From: a virus
DNA: 64,000 nt
IMG/VR virus record: IMGVR_UViG_3300050821_003907
Coordinates: 117,161 to 181,160 of that record
Strand: one strand, 5' to 3'
Under the pieces are notes generated by a model. It had not been told where the DNA came from, did not search any database, and saw only the letters and a list, made by a program, of their open reading frames with translations. The position numbers and the translations under genes were made by a program. Below, piece by piece: positions 58,901 through 64,000 of the stretch; the stretch's first letter is position 1, and each line of letters opens with the position of its first letter.

Positions 58901-60706
58901 GAAGTTCTGCGAGATGATGCTGGCGAATTCATCCATGGTGCTCTCCCTATATGCTCGTGATTGCTATGGCCATTACGCCACTGATTAGCGCTAGCAGGAA
59001 CACGTATAGGACAATCATTGTCCCGGTGCTCATTGGCTTAGCGTGCTTTGCAGGAGTGCCTTTCATGCGGTGGCTCATTCGGGAATCACTGCGAGGATAT
59101 CGCAGCCTAGAACCTGTAGGTCTGATGTGTGCGGCTTGACACGCGCATTGAACACACGTTCCACGCACATGTCACCGTGCCGGTTTTCGTAATGCACTAG
59201 CGTGGTAGTGCCCATTGTTCCCCCTAGAGGCTAACCGCGTAAAGGCTAGTGGCAGCCTCAAAGGTGCGCGCACCGTCCACATAGCCGGTGTGCCAGATGG
59301 TGAGGTTCCCTAGCTGCGCTTTGCCGTTGCGTTCTGCCTTGATAAGTGCCTTAACGGCACTGTCCGTGTCCGGTGCAGTGGTGACGATTTCCGATGCTGA
59401 CATCATCTGTGATTGCTTCACTGTGTTCCCCCGTGTTAGCCGTGATATGGCGTGTACAGCGCGCGCCTTATGTAGTGCGCGGGAATGATGGATGGTTGCG
59501 CGTCGGTTTCCGCTTGCGTTTCAGGTCGCCACTGTGCGGACGGCTGGAATTTCGGCTTAGAACCGATGACGATTGGCATTGTCCCTACCCTTACCGTAGT
59601 TTCCGAGTACCCGTAAGAGTGTGGCGCAAGCTAGGTACTGCCTAGCTCGCACCATAAACTGGCGGTTGCCCTAGTCGTCTGCAAACCATCCATGGATGGT
59701 TTCCGTGTCCCGTGTGCGGACCATTCCGCAATCGGTGGGTACTTCCCAGCACGCACCATTCTTGCGCGGCGTAGCGGCAACGCGGTAAACCAGCGTGCCC
59801 ACATTGGCATCCTGCCGTGCGAAGTAGTCACCCGTTTGCAGCAATAGCGCGCTGCACTCTGTCGGATTGCCGTATGCGAATAGTTCCATTACCGTCCCCA
59901 TAGCTGTGCATCGAACGCGCGCTGAGCTCTGCTCAGTGTGAGCGCATTCTGTGCGCGTACCCGTAGATTGTCGTCTGTTGCCGTAGCGATAACGGCTAGC
60001 AATTGCTCATCAGTCATTATCCCGCGCGACCTTCGCGCTTGAATGTGTTGTCATACATGGCGCTGCCACCGTTGCGACGACTGTTCATTGTGTTCGTGCG
60101 GCGCGTTTGGGCGTGCTCGATTGGCACATCGGGCTCTAGTCCAGCAACGGGATTGTAGCTCTCGTATGCGTAGGCGATTCCCTTAGTGCGATGCACGCGC
60201 TTGCGAGTCGATGCTGTGAAGTGCTCACCGTTACCGGCAGTGGTATCCTTGCGCTTACCCATTTTCGACCTCTATCACGATAGAGCCATTGTCACCACTG
60301 TGAGTGTGGTATGACCATTCCGGGTGACTGGTGAGCAGTCGCGTAATCCTGCCTAGGTCATTCTTGGTCGCGATTTCCAGAGTCATCGCGGGTCACCAGA
60401 TTTCCATGTCATTGCCGGTAATGCAAAATGGGTCGTCTCCTACCAAGTGGTAAGAGATGTAGTCGATAATCCTCAGTATAACGCGCATTGCTATTCCCCC
60501 GATTAGCTTGCTTGCGTGTAAAGGATTGCATCTTGCGGATTCATCAGCCTACGCGGCGTTATCACTTGCGTTGCGGCTAGTGTTTCCTTGCGTCCGCCCG
60601 GTTGTGGGTGGTTGCGACCGTGAACGCCATCGGTGCATGCCATGACGACTACGATTGCAGTCATCAGCACGACCATTACCTGTTGCCAATGGCTATAGCT
60701 AGCCAT
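52927..60706 (-). other. early-type region of ~30 very small CDS (e.g. 52927-53295, 53809-54282, 54641-54853, 54871-55119, 55116-55406, 56034-56219, 56219-56431, 56435-56674, 56686-57021, 57062-57316, 57574-57828, 57840-58082, 58188-58466, 58466-58705, 58721-58936, 59224-59421, 59671-59901, 60017-60262, 60503-60706)
   Basis: All on the minus strand, 45-160 aa, most with G-run RBS (GGGGGAA); typical host-takeover region. Confidence 0.65.
58087..58175 (-). promoter_or_regulatory. structured 5' leader with an anti-RBS loop upstream of 57840..58082
   Basis: 9-bp GGGCATTCC/GGAATGCCC stem; inner GGCCA/TGGCC hairpin whose loop TTCCCCCG is complementary to the GGGGAA RBS; TGAGTA/TACTCA hairpin. Confidence 0.45.
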
Positions 60707-61235
60707 GGCGAATCATCACCTTTCTGTAGTAGAGACTTGTTTTCAGCGATTGGCTAGCCGTTAAGGTATCGGCGGTATCTGGAATCAGGCAGCGCGGGCA
60801 TAGCGCAACAGAGCGTTACCCATGTCTTACCCTATCCCGACCATTGGCGATTGACCCTAACGGCTATCGTGAGCATGGCCGATTCCGAATCGGTAGCCCG
60901 CATCCATAGTCCGCTTACATTGCAGTCTGGCTAGATATAGTTCCCGCTTAGGCTTTGCCTACTAGCATTTCACCCAACGAATCGGGTTACTACACGTTTG
61001 GTCATCCCGTGAGTATGAGTCACGTAGTGGATTGCCGTATGCGGATGTTCACTAACCATGTCGCAAAGCGAACGTCATGCGTCCATTGCCATGCCCTTGA
61101 TTGGTTTATCTTCGCATCACCTTACGGTTGTTAACCGATGTGTTCATCGCTTGCTTTCGCGTCATGCCTTAACGTCACCCGCTACGATTTCTAGCGGTCA
61201 AGATAGCTCGTATCCCCCGATTGGCCGTTTGATTG

Positions 61236-61278
61236 CTTCCGTACCGTCTACCCTCCGCTCTTGCGAGCATTAACCGGG
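61236..61278. repeat. 43-bp repeat, copy A
   Basis: 42/43 identical to 62058-62100. Confidence 0.9.
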
Positions 61279-61690
61279 ATTGGTGCTAGCTGACTTAACA
61301 GCGCGCTATCTGGCTATCGTCGCTACGTGCTAGGGCTAGTCGCTCACTTCACACACATTGGCGATGCTATTCGGCTTATTCACTGCGATTACGGCGAACG
61401 CAGCTAGCGCTCACCGTAAAACAGCCCACAGAGAACCGAAACTCTGATTCATAACAGGACTGACATTTCACAACGATTGTTGCTGCCATGTCATTCTGAC
61501 ATCTCGCGTTGCTCCGTTACGCGCTTAACTCCGGTAACCCTTACCGCCGTTATAGCAACTTTCGCTATCCGTATACGACTCGGAATGACGTTCATCAGCT
61601 AGTTTAAGACGTAGCGCCATAGGTACTAGCGTCACTGACTAATTGTCACGACTGTTGACCTTACTTCCACGTTGCCCATTGCTTGCGATA

Positions 61691-61735
61691 CTTCCGTCAA
61701 TTCCCTCCCACACCGTAATGGTGTGCTTAACCGGG
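61691..61735. repeat. variant copy B (different central hairpin)
   Basis: Minus: CCCGGTTAA G CACACC-ATTAC-GGTGTG GGAGGG AATTGACGGAAG. Confidence 0.7.
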
Positions 61736-62057
61736 AGTTGGCTAGATGGATGTGAATCCACCGCGTATCTTACGTGATTTCAGTCCTGTAGTTGTATGTC
61801 CAGTTTCGCACTCCGGTAACATAAGTCCCATCCGGATAACATATGTCCGATATCGCCTATGGCGATTCGTTACCGTCTCGCAAGTATGGAGTTTGGGAAG
61901 CGCTTTGAGTCTTCCACTTACTTATGGTCACTGTCGCTGCCGGTACCCTCCGCGTTCGCTGCCGGTGTGCTGTTGTGACCTTCACTTAGTAAGACGCTAG
62001 CTAGGGGTTGGATGGTTGCTTCGCTGCGAGACTTTCTCTCGTAACTTTGCGTTACCA

Positions 62058-62100
62058 CTTCCGTGCCGTCTACCCTCCGCTCTTGCGAGCATTAACCGGG
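62058..62100. repeat. 43-bp repeat, copy C
   Basis: 42/43 identical to 61236-61278. Confidence 0.9.
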
Positions 62101-62521
62101 GGTGGCCTAGCTACCGCGTGCGTAGCGCGTGGCTTCCGTCCGAAACCCTCTGTGCTGTTGTCCATCTACTAACAACTCTACTCACCTCCAAGAGCGATAC
62201 AATCAGGTTTCCTGTTGACAACGTTAGTCATTTAAAACTTTCTTGGAGACCTTCCGCTAGCGTCGGAAACCCGTGCGTTGCCTAGGTTCTAGCTCTCGGA
62301 ACGATGCCGAATCGACGCTAACGAGCTCGCAGCTACCCGCGCGGGTAACCACTGCTAGATGGGGGTTGCTCGGCTTACAGACTGATTCTGAGCCGTACAG
62401 ACGACTGTCCGGTATGTCCGTTCATCCTGGCCAGGTTTTCAGGAATCGGAATTGCTTCGATTAAACGGACATTTGCGGGCAAATCGGGACATTCCGCTTG
62501 ACATCGTTGTCGTTCGCGGGC

Positions 62522-62553
62522 AAAAGAAAACCGGCTCTGTGTGAGCCGGTTTC
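62522..62553 (-). terminator. intrinsic terminator
   Basis: 10-bp AAACCGGCTC/GAGCCGGTTT stem followed on the minus strand by a T-rich tail (TCTTTTG). Confidence 0.75.
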
Positions 62554-63199
62554 TGTGTGGCGGCTAGCTGATTGCCGGATATGGCGTACCTGCCGTGTGC
62601 GGACCATATGAGACGTTCGTGGTTGCCGCACGGTACGCGGCTAGTGTCCTGTCATGCTCCGCTTGCAGCGATACGTAGCTGAGCTCTGCGATGCTTAGGC
62701 TTCCGATGTAGTTCATGGTGTCTGTCCGTTTCGTCTACAGGTAGCTAGCTGACGAGTTGTAGTCACGGGTGAACGCGATTGCGATTGCTTCACTCATGGT
62801 GTGCGAACCTTCTGTGGTGACCAGGCTGCTGACGTGGCCACTGTAGTCAATCGGCGAACCAGCGTTGTAATCGGTAACGAACGCGATTGCGATTGCTTGG
62901 CTGCTAGTCATTGCTTGGTCACCTACTGTTCATCTCGACTTGTCTATCTACTTCTAATGCTAGTCATTGCACATCGCAGTGCAACTCACAAATCAGACAT
63001 AAACAGCCATTGTGAAAACCAATATCAACTACTTTAAGTGAACAGTCAAACGCCGCAAACCGCACATTGTACATCATCGCTTGCCATGCTTCGCACGCTG
63101 CCAAGTCATCAATAGTTGAAGCCGCACACGTATGCATGACAGTAGACGACCATTGCCGATTCCGAGATTCCCCTCCCGTTTGTCATTAGTCAACAAGTG

Positions 63200-63370
63200 A
63201 ACAGTGTCATGCACAGTACAGTGTTGTTATCAGTTGATACGCACAGTCATGTTTGCACAGTCACAGTTAGCTACAGTCATCAGTGCACAGTCACAGTTAT
63301 CAGTCATCAGTCACAGTTTTCAGTGCACAGTTACTACAGTGTATTGTTAGGTACTGCTGACAGTACCAGT
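63200..63370. repeat. dense (CA)CAGT short-repeat array
   Basis: About 19 CAGT copies in 170 bp, strand-asymmetric, lower GC. Confidence 0.8.
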
Positions 63371-63942
63371 GAGTGCACGACCATGCACTACCATCAACTA
63401 CCGGGCGACTCGTTTAACGAGCTACACGCTATCGGGCAACGGCGATTTGCAACGTTGTCTTAGGTCCGTGAGCGTACCGTGTTGCGGGCCCACGCAACCA
63501 CACCGGAACGCGTGTGAACGCGTGCCAGGATGGTTGGATGGCAGAATCAGTACAAATCAGGCATTGTATAAAAGTAACAGTGAACAGTGCTCACAAGTAT
63601 AAAGTCACAGTGATATCGATGTCATTAGGCACTCCTGTCAGTGCAGATTGTATATTTCATTGAATCATGTATACAACGTGGCAGTGGTCGACCATCTCTA
63701 GTGAGAAACGCCGATTTGGCAAAACAACGTTGTCATCATGGGGGAATTATCTTGCCGTCAAGATTGTTGTTATAGACATGAAAGGCAGAGATGTAAGTTA
63801 CGAGTACACCTATGCACAATGGTTGAGTGTCAAGGATAGTCGTGCATTGTCAAGGAAGGGTCCACAATGCATTATGACTGCTGACGGTGAATGGGAGTGG
63901 GTGAGCTTGGATGAATATGCTCAGTAATGGTAGGATGGTCAT

Positions 63943-63981
63943 GACCATGGTCGACTACGCCCAGCCATGGTCGGTTTTTTT
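63943..63981 (+). terminator. possible terminator or end-proximal signal
   Basis: GACCATGG/CCATGGTC 8-bp stem with a 14-nt loop, then GG and T7. Confidence 0.4.
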
Positions 63982-64000
63982 AGGGGGCATCCACGCGGGA

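Larger units (their letters stand above)
60750..62450 (-). ncRNA. candidate large structured non-coding RNA region
   Basis: No minus-strand ORF of 60 aa or more; many short hairpins with GNRA-type loops; three copies of the CCCGGTTAA-hairpin-GGAGGG...ACGGAAG motif. Confidence 0.45.

Noticed and set aside
61545-61615. Hammerhead-like CTGATGA ... GAAA on the minus strand
   Set aside because: The stem II closing pair (A/C) does not pair and there is no correctly placed NUH/stem III
61236-62100. 43-bp repeats as a CRISPR array
   Set aside because: Only 2-3 copies, 370-455 bp apart, and no cas genes
62215-62245. + strand sigma70-type promoter at TTGACA
   Set aside because: No TANNNT -10 element at 16-18 nt spacing and no credible downstream + gene
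1-64000. tRNA genes, integrase/att site, structural genes
   Set aside because: None recognised by eye; tRNAscan-SE would be needed to exclude divergent tRNAs

Overview
The window is a ~64 kb non-structural arm of a large dsDNA actinobacteriophage (GC in the high-50s % by eye). Almost all genes are on the minus strand, densely packed and often coupled by stop/start overlaps. I found no capsid, tail, terminase, integrase, tRNA or CRISPR. An SsgB-like gene points to a sporulating, filamentous actinomycete host. Recognisable genes: C5 DNA methyltransferase, MazG-like NTP-PPase, SPFH protein, nucleotidyltransferase-like protein, three free-standing endonucleases, Ku, an Rnl2-type RNA ligase, a DUF3631-type ATPase and a GNAT. 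Main points of interest: (1) an envelope-glycan module, a GH5 + ricin-lectin lipoprotein coupled to a processive PgaC/IcaA-like GT2 synthase that carries a LAGLIDADG intein at its first catalytic motif, followed by lipoprotein and membrane genes; (2) host-development mimics, SsgB-like and LysM-Rpf; (3) a GGCT / amidoligase / class II glutamine amidotransferase operon, in which the GATase appears to start at ACG and which shares an uncharacterised ~65-aa repeat module with a 667-aa orphan protein; (4) several candidate structured RNAs, including a ~1.7 kb ORF-free region with three copies of a motif whose central hairpin varies while its flanks are conserved; (5) an iteron-like GGTGTGC array, a CAGT array near the right end, and strong GATC avoidance. 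All assignments come from motif recognition by eye; no database searches were run.
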